From positions 4,703-68,702 of the forward strand of contig CALRBF010000003.1 of NCBI GenBank assembly GCA_943354045.1: DNA of 64,000 nucleotides, given 5' to 3'. A model generated the notes under the pieces. The model was not told the DNA's origin and ran no database searches. It was given only the letters and a program-made list of their open reading frames with translations. The stretch comes from Parcubacteria group bacterium. Its GTDB lineage: Bacteria; Patescibacteriota; Minisyncoccia; SW-4-49-11. This document shows positions 1 through 10,330 of this stretch, one piece after another (the first letter of the stretch is position 1; each line of letters begins with the position of its first letter). A program made the translations under genes and the position numbers.

Positions 1-143
1 CCCCTGTTGGATCTATTCCAAATTTTACTCGAAGCTGTTTACCAGATACTAATTGAGCCTTTAGGTGTTCTTTATCTATATAATTTGTAACACCTCTTGT
101 TAGCCATTCTTGAACTTTACTCTCATCTGTTATTATTGCCATA
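1..143 (-). CDS. tyrS: Partial CDS, N-terminal ~47 aa of a class I aminoacyl-tRNA synthetase, most likely tyrosyl-tRNA synthetase; continues beyond the window start
   Basis: Reverse-complement translation from ATG at 143..141 reads MAIITDESKVQEWLTRGVTNYIDKEHLKAQLVSGKQLRVKFGIDPTG. The ...SGK.LRV.xGxDPT segment that precedes the HIGH motif is characteristic of TyrRS N-termini. The HIGH motif itself lies outside the window. Confidence 0.5.
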
Positions 144-205
144 TCTATTCACTTAATTATTGATTTGAGTATAGCATATCTCAATCATTTCGATAATATA
201 CAAGT

Positions 206-2260
206 TTATAATATTACTTTCAAATCTAATATATTGCCTCCTTTAGGATATACAATAATAGGATTTACATCCAATTCCTTTATACTTGGTACTGAATAGA
301 CTAATAAATTGAGTTGGAAAATAGTATCAATAAGCCAATTAATATCATATTCTATACCTCTTGTACCTGACAATATCGTATAGGCCTTAGTTTTTTTGAG
401 TGTTTTCAAGATATAAGGCTTCGTAATAGGCATACTTGCAAAAGCAATATCATTTATAGTCTCAGCATATATACCTCCGAGTCCCAATAATAATATATTT
501 CCTAATTGAGGGTCTCGCTTTACTCCTACAAATATCTCTACACCCTTATGAGCTTGCTCTTGTGCAATAATAATTCCGTTTTTATGTTTATGATAAAATG
601 CTTTGACTTCATCTAGGGTATTGATACCCACTTTTACGAGTCCCGTATCGGTACGATGTAATATATTGGGATTCACATCTTTTAATACTAAAGGATATTG
701 TAAATATTTTTCAATTTTCTGAATATCTTTATTATTATGTAATAATAATGTTTTGGGTAACTCCAAAGACAATTCTTTTGCAATTAAATTCACCGTATCC
801 CAAGAAGCACTAATCAGTCCCTTTTCTTTATCTTGGGCTAAAGCTTTATCTATATCTTGAATTGAAGTTTTCTTGACATAACTTGTAGGAGCATCCCATA
901 ATTTTGCATTACGGGCAATATGATTCCAATTATATAATTTTGATACTGCGGCTATAGCTCTTTCTGGACTTTCAAAATAAGGTAAATGGGGAATTTCTTT
1001 TATTACTTGTTCTGTAAGATTTCCTGCTACAATACTAGTAATAATAGGCTTATGAGGATTTTTCTTACTAATATCAGCAATTACTCTTCCAATAGCAGAT
1101 AGAGGCGTCATTACCTGTGGGGTAATTAAGATAATAATTGCTCCTACTGATTTTTCTTTTACCAAAACTTGCAATGTTTCACGATAGCGAGTATCATTAG
1201 CATCCCCCAATATATCTACTGGATTGGCGGTACTGGCAGCTGAGGGTAATGTTTTTTGCAAACGACTCACAGCTTTTGGTTCAATTTTGGTTAATTTCAC
1301 ATTATGTACTGACACTGCATCTATAGATAAGACGCCAAGCCCCCCCGCATTGGTAACAATTGCAAGTCCATGCCGAGATATATGTTGAAATCGAGAAAAT
1401 AATTGTACAGTATCAAATAATTCTTCTAAGGTATTAACAATAATTGCTCCTGCTTCTTGTAATAATATTTCTATTACAATTTCATCTCCAGCCAAAGATC
1501 CAGTATGTGATTGTATAGTCTTTTTTGCTTTAGTAGATTTACCAGCTTTCAGGATAATAATTGGCTTTTTAGCATCTTTAATTGTCTCAATAAATTCCTG
1601 GGGATGAGCTATACCCTCCAAATACAAGCTAATCACCTCAGTTTTACTATCTTTTTCGAGATATTGTATAATCTCAACTTCATTAATATCTAATTTGTTA
1701 CCAAGACTTACAATTTTATTAAATCCGATACCCAATGCATCTGCTCTATTAATAAAAGCTGATATCAGAGCTCCTGATTGTGAAATAAGAGAAATATTTC
1801 CTGATTTTGCTGATAATAATCCAAATGATCCATTATATGCATATTTATTTGAATCATTATTGATAATTCCAAGACAATTTGGACCTACAATACGAATATT
1901 ATATATCTGTATTAATTTTGCTAATTGCTTTTCACGGGCCCGTCCTTCTACTCCAGATTCTTTAAATCCTGCTGAGATAATAATAATATATTTTACTCCT
2001 TTTTTACCAAGCTCCTCTACTGATTCAAGTACAAGAGGTGCAGGTAATATTATGATTCCGACTTGTATTCCTTGGGGTAATTGACTAGTACCCTGATATA
2101 CAGGATATCCTTCAATTTTTCTTGCTGAAGGATTTACCAAAAAAATATCTCCCTTATAATTACTTTTTAGAATATTATGAAAAATAACTGAACCAATTTT
2201 AGCCTTATGCCGAGAGGCTCCGATAATTGCAATACTTTTGGGGTAAAATAATTCTTGCAT
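206..2260 (-). CDS. Acetate--CoA ligase (ADP-forming), fused alpha/beta (NDP-forming acyl-CoA synthetase)
   Basis: 684 aa. N-terminal CoA-binding Rossmann segment (IAIIGASRHKAKIGSVIFHNIL), succinyl-CoA-synthetase-like ligase-CoA domain, C-terminal ATP-grasp. Length and domain order typical of fused Acd enzymes. Confidence 0.75.
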   Translation of the reverse strand: MQELFYPKSIAIIGASRHKAKIGSVIFHNILKSNYKGDIFLVNPSARKIEGYPVYQGTSQLPQGIQVGIIILPAPLVLESVEELGKKGVKYIIIISAGFKESGVEGRAREKQLAKLIQIYNIRIVGPNCLGIINNDSNKYAYNGSFGLLSAKSGNISLISQSGALISAFINRADALGIGFNKIVSLGNKLDINEVEIIQYLEKDSKTEVISLYLEGIAHPQEFIETIKDAKKPIIILKAGKSTKAKKTIQSHTGSLAGDEIVIEILLQEAGAIIVNTLEELFDTVQLFSRFQHISRHGLAIVTNAGGLGVLSIDAVSVHNVKLTKIEPKAVSRLQKTLPSAASTANPVDILGDANDTRYRETLQVLVKEKSVGAIIILITPQVMTPLSAIGRVIADISKKNPHKPIITSIVAGNLTEQVIKEIPHLPYFESPERAIAAVSKLYNWNHIARNAKLWDAPTSYVKKTSIQDIDKALAQDKEKGLISASWDTVNLIAKELSLELPKTLLLHNNKDIQKIEKYLQYPLVLKDVNPNILHRTDTGLVKVGINTLDEVKAFYHKHKNGIIIAQEQAHKGVEIFVGVKRDPQLGNILLLGLGGIYAETINDIAFASMPITKPYILKTLKKTKAYTILSGTRGIEYDINWLIDTIFQLNLLVYSVPSIKELDVNPIIVYPKGGNILDLKVIL

Positions 2261-2265
2261 ATCTT

Positions 2266-3648
2266 TTAGCTTAATATAATTACTTGGTTTTCCTCGGGGA
2301 CTTTGGCTGTAATATGAAGTGTATCTTTTATGGCATTAGCTAAAGATTCAGAAGCTTCCTGCTCCCCCTGTACTACAAATATATTTTTAGTTTGCTTAAT
2401 ATGAGATAACCAATCGAGTAGCATTTCTTTATCCGCATGAGCAGAATACCCATCTACCTTCCTCACCTCTATCTTATTCTCAACTGGATGATTATGTATA
2501 TATACTGGATTCTCACCTTCCAGAATACGCCTTCCTAATGTACGAGGAGCCTGATACCCGACAAATAAAATAATATTATTTGGATCAGACAAATATCGCT
2601 CTTCATGATATAGTACTCTTCCTCCTGTTGACATACCAGATCCGGCCATAATCATTTTGGGCTGAGGTTGACTATTAATTTTCATAGAATCTTCTCTATG
2701 TTCCGTCATAGTTAAAAAAGGAAATTCAAAAATCTCATCGGTTTTGGCAAGTTGCTTTGCTTCTTGATTATAATATTGGGTATATTTAGCATGAATTCTG
2801 GTCGCCTTGATAGCTAAAGGTGAATCTAAATACACATCAATACGCCCTACTCTTCCTTGAGGGAGCCCCTCTCCTGAATGATTTTCTACAATATCATTAA
2901 GTTCATACAAAATATCCTGTGTACGCTCAATAGAAAAGGTTGGCATAATCAATACTGACTTTCGGTCTATAGTATCTTTAATAGCTTGTTTTAAAATTTC
3001 TTTTCTCTCAGCTAATTTTTGATGAATTCTATCCCCATAACAAGACTCTACAATCACATAGTCTGCCTCTTCAATATAATCATATTTACGTAATAATACC
3101 GATGGGACATTCCCCAAATCTCCTGAGAATACTAATTTGATACGCTTCCCTGTCTCAGGGTCTAATACCCAAATTTCAGTAATAGCTGAACCTAAAATAT
3201 GTCCTGCATCTTGAAAACGGAAAGATATATTCTCATCAATTTCATAAATTTCATGATATTCCTTACCCCTCCATTGAGCGACAGCCTTATCTACATCTTC
3301 TTCGGCAAAAAGAGGTAATTGACTATGATCATGTTCCATAATAGATACCGTATCCCTTAGAGATATTTCTGCAAATTCTTGGGTTGGATAAGTAGAATAT
3401 ATTTCTCCACTAAACCCATCTTTAACCAGTTTAGGAATTCGTCCAATATGATCAATATGGGTATGTGTTGATATCATAAAAGATATACTTTTAGGATCAT
3501 AAACAAAGGGCTTATAATTTATTTCATCAGCCTCTGAACTTCCCTGTACTAATCCACAATCGACAACAAATCGTATTTTTCCATTATCAATAACATAATT
3601 AGCTCCCGTAACTGAACCGGCTCCACCACAAAATTGAATACTGACCAT
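2266..3648 (-). CDS. MBL-fold metallo-hydrolase with beta-CASP domain (RNase J/CPSF-like RNA-metabolising nuclease)
   Basis: 460 aa. HxHxDH motif (HTHIDHIG) plus downstream Asp/His motifs typical of beta-CASP RNases. Confidence 0.7.
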   Translation of the reverse strand: MVSIQFCGGAGSVTGANYVIDNGKIRFVVDCGLVQGSSEADEINYKPFVYDPKSISFMISTHTHIDHIGRIPKLVKDGFSGEIYSTYPTQEFAEISLRDTVSIMEHDHSQLPLFAEEDVDKAVAQWRGKEYHEIYEIDENISFRFQDAGHILGSAITEIWVLDPETGKRIKLVFSGDLGNVPSVLLRKYDYIEEADYVIVESCYGDRIHQKLAERKEILKQAIKDTIDRKSVLIMPTFSIERTQDILYELNDIVENHSGEGLPQGRVGRIDVYLDSPLAIKATRIHAKYTQYYNQEAKQLAKTDEIFEFPFLTMTEHREDSMKINSQPQPKMIMAGSGMSTGGRVLYHEERYLSDPNNIILFVGYQAPRTLGRRILEGENPVYIHNHPVENKIEVRKVDGYSAHADKEMLLDWLSHIKQTKNIFVVQGEQEASESLANAIKDTLHITAKVPEENQVIILS

Positions 3649-3701
3649 TATTTGTATATTAGTTTACTATGTATTTATAGTATCACAAAGAATATCTTTT
3701 C

Positions 3702-6700
3702 TCAATAGATAATAATTACTATCTTTTTGTCCTGATTTACAATAATTTTCTTAATGCGTGTTTTATCTGTGATAATGGTATTTACTTTATCTGATTCTAA
3801 AGCTTTTTGTTGAATAGCCTCATTGTCTAATTGTGCATTAACCGTAATAATATCTCGCATTTTTCCATTAATATGAATTTGATAATCTGCCTCTGTCTGA
3901 ATTAATTTTGATTCATCAAATTGTGGCCAAATAGATTTATGCACTGATTCTGTCTTACCTAATATTTCCCATAATTCTTCCGCAATATGTGGAGCAAATG
4001 GAGCTAAAAGAGTAATATATGTGGTGATATATTCTTTACCAATATCTTTATTAATATAGGTATTGAGATATTCCATCAAACTACTAATACAGGTATTATA
4101 TTTTTGGTTTTCAATATCTTCAGTAATTTTACGTATTAATATATGTGTATCATAATCTAATTTGATTGTATCTACGGCTTTCTCCAATGTTTGAGTTTGC
4201 ATATCAGTAATCCATTGATATACTCGCTTCAAAAATCGACTACATCCAATAAGACCGCTTGTATCCCAAGCAATTGCCTCATCATAAGGTCCCATAAACA
4301 TTTCATAAATTCTCAAAGAATCGGCTCCGAATGATTCTACCATTTCAACTGGATCCACGGTATTACCCTTAGATTTGGACATCTTAATACCCCCTTCAGC
4401 CAAAATCATTCCATGTGCAATACGCTTTTGATAAGGTTCTATTGTCGGTACCAATCCGATATCATATAAGAATTTATGCCAAAAGCGTGAATACAAAAGA
4501 TGCAAAGTTACATGCTCCATACCTCCATTATATAAGTCCACTGGTAGCCATTGCTCTAAAGCAGCTTGGTTTGCTAATTCTTGAGTATTATGAGCATCAG
4601 CATATCTAAGATAATACCAAGAACTTCCTGCCCAATTAGGCATAGTATCTGTTTCTCTGATACCCTCCACCCATTTATCATCGGGCTTAGTCTCGCTACG
4701 AGGAAGTGTTTTACCTGTTTCAATATGATACCAAACTTGAACCCAATCTTTTGCAAGTGCTAATGGCCCCTCACCTTGTCCCTCTGGAATATATGATTCT
4801 ACTTCTGGTAATTCGAGCGGTAATTCTGTTGGAGCCAAGGGAACCGCATATTCCGTATTATTATTTTTTTGTCGAGTAATGGGATTTGCTGGTAGAAACT
4901 TAACAATTTCACCTGATATTTGTCCATAAGACTGCTCATTAATCCACACAATAGGAAATGGCTCTCCCCAATAGCGCTGACGTGAGAATACCCAATCACG
5001 AAGCTTATATTGGATTTTCTGATGACCTAGATTCTTAAATTCTAATTCTTGTGTTAGCTTTTGTTTAGCTTCTAATGTTGATAATCCGTTATATAAATCT
5101 GAGTTCTCTAAAATATTATCCTCTGTAATAACATTGATAATTGCTAAATTATATTTCTCAGCAAATTCTCTATCTCTCTCATCATGAGCGGGTACCGCCA
5201 TCACAGCTCCCGTTCCATAATTCATTAATACATAATCTGCAGTCCAAATAGGAATTTGTTCCCCTGTTAATGGATGTACAGCATAGGCTCCTGTGAATAC
5301 TCCCGTTTTTTCTTTTTCTTGCTGACGATCTAAATCACTTTTTGATTTTGTTTGCTTTTGATAAGTTTGTATTGCTTCTTTATATTCTGATGTGACAATA
5401 GTATCTAAAATTGGATGTTCTGGAGCTAATACCAAAAAGATAACACCAAATAAGGTGTCTATTCTGGTGGTAAAGACTTTTATATTTTTTTTCGGAAATA
5501 TATTCTTTATATCTTCAAATCTTTTTAAAACCTGTTGCTCAGGCAATAAATCAAGGAGAGGCTGTAATCCCATATGTCCCCACCCACAACCAATTAATTT
5601 GTTTTTATCACATAAATTTTCTAATTCATAAATATCGGCTTGTGAATCAGTAAAATAATAAATGTCTTTTTCAGAAACACCCCAATCATTACAGATTATT
5701 TCAATTTTTTCTTCTTTTGAATAATGATCTTCATATGTTAAAACATGTGTAGGATTTACTCCTAATTTTTTAATTTCTTCTATCATTGGAGTAATATATG
5801 CATGCGAACCTGAGGATACAATTGCTATTTTTGTATTTTGTAATTTTACTATTTCATCTATAAATCCATTAAAAATTTTAGGTTCTAATTTTGCAAGAAT
5901 TTCTCCAAACTTTAATGTCCATGCATCAATTCTTTTAATTTCAGAATCTTCAGCACCACGAGCATGTGATGGTTTTTTTGATAAATAATTAAAGTTCTTT
6001 TTAAGAGCTTCAGTTTCATCTATCTGACTTATTTCCATTATTGCTTGTATTGTTTCTTTTTCCGTATCTCCAAGAACTCCATCAAAGTCAAAAATAATAT
6101 ATTTTTCTGTTTGATGTTCTAATTTAAAATCAATCTCACTGCCCTCACTGCGGCCAATCCAATTTCGCTGTTGAGTTTTGATAACAGGCAAATAATCGAC
6201 AATATCTAAATCTTTATCCAATCTATCTGCATATTTGGTAATAGCCAACATCCATTGTGTTAATGACACCCTCTCACAGGGATGCCCCCCGCGCTCTGAC
6301 TTTCCATCAATAACTTCTTCATTAGCAAGAACCGTCTTTAATTCATCACACCACCAAACCTTAGTAGTATCTTGATAAGCAAGTCCAGCTTTATACATTT
6401 GTAGCCATATCCATTGAGTCCAGCGATAATATTGTGGATCAGTAGTATTAATTTCACGACTCCAATCAAAAGATAGTCCTAATAATGCTAATTGTTTTTT
6501 GAAAGTATTAATATTATTTTCTGTTGCAATAATAGGAGATATATTATTTTGAATAGCATAATTTTCTGTTGGTAGACCAAAAGCATCCCAACCTATTGGG
6601 TATAATACATTTTGCCCCTGCATACGATACATTCTTGCCTTTATATCCTGAGCCACATAACTACGAATATGCCCCACATGTAGTCCAGCTCCTGATGGAA

Positions 6701-6821
6701 AAGGAAATTCCACCAAAATATATTTACTTTCTTTACCTGAAGAATTATTAGCCGTATAATCTACAAAGCCTTCAGCCCAGCGCTGTATCCATTTTTGTTC
6801 AATAGTTCTGTGATTATACAT
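3702..6821 (-). CDS. leuS: Leucyl-tRNA synthetase carrying an inserted HAD-like domain
   Basis: 1039 aa. HIGH motif (HVGH), KMSKS motif (KMSKSKGN), editing-domain signatures (TTRIDTLFG; GTGAVMAVPAHDERD) and a bacterial LeuRS C-terminal domain. About 180 aa longer than typical bacterial LeuRS because of the insertion described separately. Confidence 0.92.
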   Translation of the reverse strand: MYNHRTIEQKWIQRWAEGFVDYTANNSSGKESKYILVEFPFPSGAGLHVGHIRSYVAQDIKARMYRMQGQNVLYPIGWDAFGLPTENYAIQNNISPIIATENNINTFKKQLALLGLSFDWSREINTTDPQYYRWTQWIWLQMYKAGLAYQDTTKVWWCDELKTVLANEEVIDGKSERGGHPCERVSLTQWMLAITKYADRLDKDLDIVDYLPVIKTQQRNWIGRSEGSEIDFKLEHQTEKYIIFDFDGVLGDTEKETIQAIMEISQIDETEALKKNFNYLSKKPSHARGAEDSEIKRIDAWTLKFGEILAKLEPKIFNGFIDEIVKLQNTKIAIVSSGSHAYITPMIEEIKKLGVNPTHVLTYEDHYSKEEKIEIICNDWGVSEKDIYYFTDSQADIYELENLCDKNKLIGCGWGHMGLQPLLDLLPEQQVLKRFEDIKNIFPKKNIKVFTTRIDTLFGVIFLVLAPEHPILDTIVTSEYKEAIQTYQKQTKSKSDLDRQQEKEKTGVFTGAYAVHPLTGEQIPIWTADYVLMNYGTGAVMAVPAHDERDREFAEKYNLAIINVITEDNILENSDLYNGLSTLEAKQKLTQELEFKNLGHQKIQYKLRDWVFSRQRYWGEPFPIVWINEQSYGQISGEIVKFLPANPITRQKNNNTEYAVPLAPTELPLELPEVESYIPEGQGEGPLALAKDWVQVWYHIETGKTLPRSETKPDDKWVEGIRETDTMPNWAGSSWYYLRYADAHNTQELANQAALEQWLPVDLYNGGMEHVTLHLLYSRFWHKFLYDIGLVPTIEPYQKRIAHGMILAEGGIKMSKSKGNTVDPVEMVESFGADSLRIYEMFMGPYDEAIAWDTSGLIGCSRFLKRVYQWITDMQTQTLEKAVDTIKLDYDTHILIRKITEDIENQKYNTCISSLMEYLNTYINKDIGKEYITTYITLLAPFAPHIAEELWEILGKTESVHKSIWPQFDESKLIQTEADYQIHINGKMRDIITVNAQLDNEAIQQKALESDKVNTIITDKTRIKKIIVNQDKKIVIIIY
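5487..6110 (-). other. In-frame HAD-superfamily (phosphatase/beta-phosphoglucomutase-like) domain inserted in LeuRS between the catalytic core and the CP1 editing domain (aa ~238-445)
   Basis: Four ordered HAD motifs: motif I FDFDGVLGDT (DxDGV), motif II IAIVSSGS, a Lys-containing KEEKIEII segment, motif IV FTDSQAD. The flanks align with E. coli LeuRS (RNWIGRSEG.EI.F ... TTRPDT). Confidence 0.6.
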
Positions 6822-6876
6822 AATAACAATAATTTATTGGTATTATTCTAGCATATATGTCTTATTTTGTCATTGA

Positions 6877-7557
6877 TTAGCGCAATCTTGACCCCAATAT
6901 TTCCCCTGTATTAATATTACAGTTTAAGATTATTGCTTGAGCTAATGGTAAATCTATTTGAAGAGTATCCTCTATTGAGGTTTTTTGAAAATAATGAATA
7001 AATCCTTTTATACTATCATGATGAGCAATAATAAGAATGTTTTTGTCCTGCTTTAATAAAGGAATTATAGTGTCCTCTATAAGACTATTTACTCTTTTTA
7101 CAACATCTTCTAAACTTTCTGCTGAAGGCAATAATTCTGGCGCAATATAAGCATATCTTCTATCCTTACTTGGATGATGAGCATCACTAATATCTACCGC
7201 TTCAGTTTTTTTATCCCAACTTGATACAATATTTTCAATATCTGGATATTGTAATAAAGCTTCTTGATGAGTAAGTCCTTGTATTTTCCCATAATGCCTT
7301 GGATTCAGTCTCCAATCATGTATTTCCGGCATCCAAGAATGATACATATTATTAAGTACCGTCCAACCACTTACAATAGATCGCTCTAATACTGAAGTAA
7401 TCATAATATCTATATGAAATCCTTTGTTTAAAAGTATATTACCCATATGCTGTAATGATTCTCTCGCATTAACTAATGGGACATCTTCCCAACCAATATA
7501 TCTATTTTCTTGAGCCCATACACTATCCCCATGTCTAATTAATATAATTTGTGCCAT
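6877..7557 (-). CDS. Histidine phosphatase superfamily protein (divergent phosphoglycerate-mutase-like paralog)
   Basis: 226 aa. RHG motif (ILIRHGDSVW) and overall dPGM-like layout. Lies directly downstream of gpmA on the same strand. Confidence 0.65.
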   Translation of the reverse strand: MAQIILIRHGDSVWAQENRYIGWEDVPLVNARESLQHMGNILLNKGFHIDIMITSVLERSIVSGWTVLNNMYHSWMPEIHDWRLNPRHYGKIQGLTHQEALLQYPDIENIVSSWDKKTEAVDISDAHHPSKDRRYAYIAPELLPSAESLEDVVKRVNSLIEDTIIPLLKQDKNILIIAHHDSIKGFIHYFQKTSIEDTLQIDLPLAQAIILNCNINTGEILGSRLR

Positions 7558-7563
7558 ATCTAT

Positions 7564-8313
7564 TTATTTAAACAAAGATTTAATTTTATCCCAAAATGTG
7601 ATATTTTTTTTCAAGGCATCATTAAGATAATAACGCTTCTCTACTTTTAAATCTGACTCCCTAAGATGATATATCAATGGCTGTCCAGTTGGAATTTCTA
7701 AATCAATAATTTTTTTATCTGAAATATGTTCAATAAATTTTACTAATGCTCTTAAACTATTCCCATGTGCTGAGATAATAATTCTTTTTCCTGACAATAT
7801 AGCTGGCTTTAATTCTTGTTCCCAATAAGGGGAAACTCTATCCAAAGTATCCTTAAGAGATTCTCCAATAGGTAATTTATCCTTAGGAATACTCTTATAC
7901 CTATCATCAGAGGCTGGATATCGTGAATCATATTCTGATAATAGCGGAGGTCTAATAGCAAAAGCTCTTCTCCACACCTTTACCTGATATTCTCCAAACT
8001 CTTCTATCGCATCAGTTTTATCTTTTCCTTGTAATCCCCCATAATGTCTCTCATTAAGATGCCAATTTTTAATAACTGGTATCCATGTCATATGAGCTGA
8101 TTCTAGCGCATATTGTAATGTATCAACAGCACGATCTAGAACAGAAGTATAAGCAATATCAAACTCAAAACCATTCTGCTTTAAAGCAATTCCCAATGTT
8201 TTAGCTTCTTGTATACCTTTAGCAGATAATTCTATATCAGTCCAGCCAGTAAATTTATCTAGCTGATTCCATACACTTTCGCCATGGCGAATAAGCACCA
8301 ATGTATAGGCCAT
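7564..8313 (-). CDS. gpmA: 2,3-bisphosphoglycerate-dependent phosphoglycerate mutase
   Basis: 249 aa. LVLIRHGESVWNQLDKFTGWTD catalytic His motif plus the conserved GpmA C-terminal region. Confidence 0.85.
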   Translation of the reverse strand: MAYTLVLIRHGESVWNQLDKFTGWTDIELSAKGIQEAKTLGIALKQNGFEFDIAYTSVLDRAVDTLQYALESAHMTWIPVIKNWHLNERHYGGLQGKDKTDAIEEFGEYQVKVWRRAFAIRPPLLSEYDSRYPASDDRYKSIPKDKLPIGESLKDTLDRVSPYWEQELKPAILSGKRIIISAHGNSLRALVKFIEHISDKKIIDLEIPTGQPLIYHLRESDLKVEKRYYLNDALKKNITFWDKIKSLFK

Positions 8314-8315
8314 AT

Positions 8316-9389
8316 TTATTCTTCAATTGAGCTAGTATCAAGACTAGGAGCTTCTTCAGTTACCTCAGAAATATCTTCTTTAGCTAACACATCCGTATAT
8401 AGTTTTTCTAATGTTTCTGGATTATCTCTTAATTCTTTACGGGCTGATTCTAATCCTTGTCCAAGAGTATTTCCTTCCAAATCCTGAATATAAGTACCTT
8501 TTTTCTTTAATACCCCTACTTTGAGAGCTAAATTAATTAAATCCGTTTCCAAAGAAACACCTTCATTATACATAATATCAAATTCAGCCACCTTAAATGG
8601 AGCTGCTACTTTATTTTTTACAATTTTAGCTTTAGTTCTTGCACCAATAACCTCTTCTCCTTTTTTAATTTGAGCAATACGCTTAATTTCAATTCGAACT
8701 GAAGCATAAAACTTCAAAGCCTTTCCCCCCGGAGTTTCAACTGGACTACCATACCCCATCATACCAATTTTCATACGAGTTTGATTGGTAAATAAAATCG
8801 TGGTATTAGCTTTGGCGGAAATAGCAGTTAATTTACGTAATGCCTGTGACATAAGACGAGCCTGAATAGCCACATGAGAATCTCCCATATCACCTTCAAT
8901 TTCTGCCTTTGGTACAATAGCAGCAACTGAATCTAAGACAATAATATCTACATTACCTGATTGCACTAAAGCTTCTACTATAGATAAAGCTTCTTCTCCT
9001 GTATTAGGCTGCGAAATAAGCAAATCATCGGTATTTACTTTAAGTTTTTTTGCATATTCTGGATCAAGAGCATGCTCAGTATCAATAAATGCAGCCACGC
9101 CTCCTTCTTTTTGTGCATTCGCAATAACCTGAAGACAAATAGTTGTTTTTCCACTCGATTCAGGGCCATATATTTCAACAATTCTTCCTTGCGGGATTCC
9201 GCCAATTCCAAGTGCTCGGTCTAGCGAAATAGATCCAGTTGAATAGGCATGAATATCTACCTTTTTTACCTCACCTAGTTTCATCATGGATTCATCACCA
9301 AATTTACTTTTGATATCATCTAATACCGATTGTATTTTATCTTGTTTACTTGCTATCTTATCAATTACTTTGGATTTAGTCTTTGCCAT
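8316..9389 (-). CDS. recA: Recombinase RecA
   Basis: 357 aa. Walker A (GPESSGKTT) and RecA L1/L2 loop regions, RecA-wide conservation. Confidence 0.95.
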   Translation of the reverse strand: MAKTKSKVIDKIASKQDKIQSVLDDIKSKFGDESMMKLGEVKKVDIHAYSTGSISLDRALGIGGIPQGRIVEIYGPESSGKTTICLQVIANAQKEGGVAAFIDTEHALDPEYAKKLKVNTDDLLISQPNTGEEALSIVEALVQSGNVDIIVLDSVAAIVPKAEIEGDMGDSHVAIQARLMSQALRKLTAISAKANTTILFTNQTRMKIGMMGYGSPVETPGGKALKFYASVRIEIKRIAQIKKGEEVIGARTKAKIVKNKVAAPFKVAEFDIMYNEGVSLETDLINLALKVGVLKKKGTYIQDLEGNTLGQGLESARKELRDNPETLEKLYTDVLAKEDISEVTEEAPSLDTSSIEE

Positions 9390-9461
9390 ATCAGTATTGG
9401 TTAATATTATTTATAGTATATCACTCCCCCCTCATCTTGTATAGAGGGGGGAGTGATTCAT

Positions 9462-10322
9462 TTATTCTTGAAATCCATATTCTAATGCTGCTTTCCCAAG
9501 AATATATACCTTTTCTCGCTTTGATGTTCTCGCTCTTTTTGTTAACACATCATAATGATTTTGTTCAATTTTACCGAGAATCGCCTCATACATACGACTT
9601 GCCATAATAACGGCAAATCTTCCTTTTCTATTCAGATATTGGAGTCCCTTATCTGATTTCCGATATAATTCACGAGTATGCTGTATTTGATATTTGAGAC
9701 AATTCACAAATTCTTGTGTTACCTGATGCTTCTGAATCATATCTTCTGTAACTTTATACTTTGATAAATCATACTGGGGTATATATATTCTACCACGCTG
9801 ATCATAATCCTCACCGATATCTCGAATGAAATTTGTCATTTGCATCGCCTCTCCAAGTAAAGAGGCATATTCCAAAGCCTTATCATCCGTATATCCAATA
9901 ATATATGTCATCATAAGTCCAACTACTGAGGCCGAGCCATACATATATTGCTGCAAATCTTGATATGTTTTATATTCTTTAATTGTGATATCCTGTTTCA
10001 TAGCAGCAAGAAAATTTAGACTATATTGATAGGGAATATGATAGGTATGGAATACTTTTGAGGTCAAATTTAGTACCGGGTATTCTGTTATACCCCCATG
10101 ATACGCCCTTTCCCAAACTTCTTGCCAATTATTTAACTCAGCTAAAATATCTGCATCTGAACTATCTTTAGTATTGTCTACAATCTCATCTGGAATACGA
10201 AAAAAGCTATACAAAGCATACGTTGCTTGTCTCAAATCAGTAGGTAAAAATCGAGTGGCAAAATAGTAACTCGTACCAAACTGCTTAGTAATAGCCTCTA
10301 TTGACTTAGTGTATTTGTCCAT
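9462..10322 (-). CDS. Squalene/phytoene synthase family (trans-isoprenyl diphosphate synthase, head-to-head)
   Basis: 286 aa. Two Asp-rich motifs: FRIPDEIVD (DxxxD) and RDIGEDYDQRGRIYIP (matches RDVGED...GR.YLP). Confidence 0.8.
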   Translation of the reverse strand: MDKYTKSIEAITKQFGTSYYFATRFLPTDLRQATYALYSFFRIPDEIVDNTKDSSDADILAELNNWQEVWERAYHGGITEYPVLNLTSKVFHTYHIPYQYSLNFLAAMKQDITIKEYKTYQDLQQYMYGSASVVGLMMTYIIGYTDDKALEYASLLGEAMQMTNFIRDIGEDYDQRGRIYIPQYDLSKYKVTEDMIQKHQVTQEFVNCLKYQIQHTRELYRKSDKGLQYLNRKGRFAVIMASRMYEAILGKIEQNHYDVLTKRARTSKREKVYILGKAALEYGFQE

Positions 10323-10330
10323 ATATGTTT

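Noticed and set aside
1511-2084. Short ORFs in the track that lie antisense to, or inside, long well-supported genes
   Set aside because: Affected ORFs: 1511..1693, 1695..2084, 4415..4999 set, 5392..5631, 6569..6751, 10943..11170, 16328..16884 set, 19607..19813, 21299..21831 set, 25427..26069 set, 27149..27379, 28873..29127, 31758..32165 set, 35142..35770 set, 37143..37972 set, 40097..40699 set, 41538..42086 set, 45453..47473 set, 57332..58120 set. All are 60-140 aa, fully nested within conserved CDSs on the other strand or frame, with low-complexity translations and no start or RBS context. Expected by chance given the sequence.
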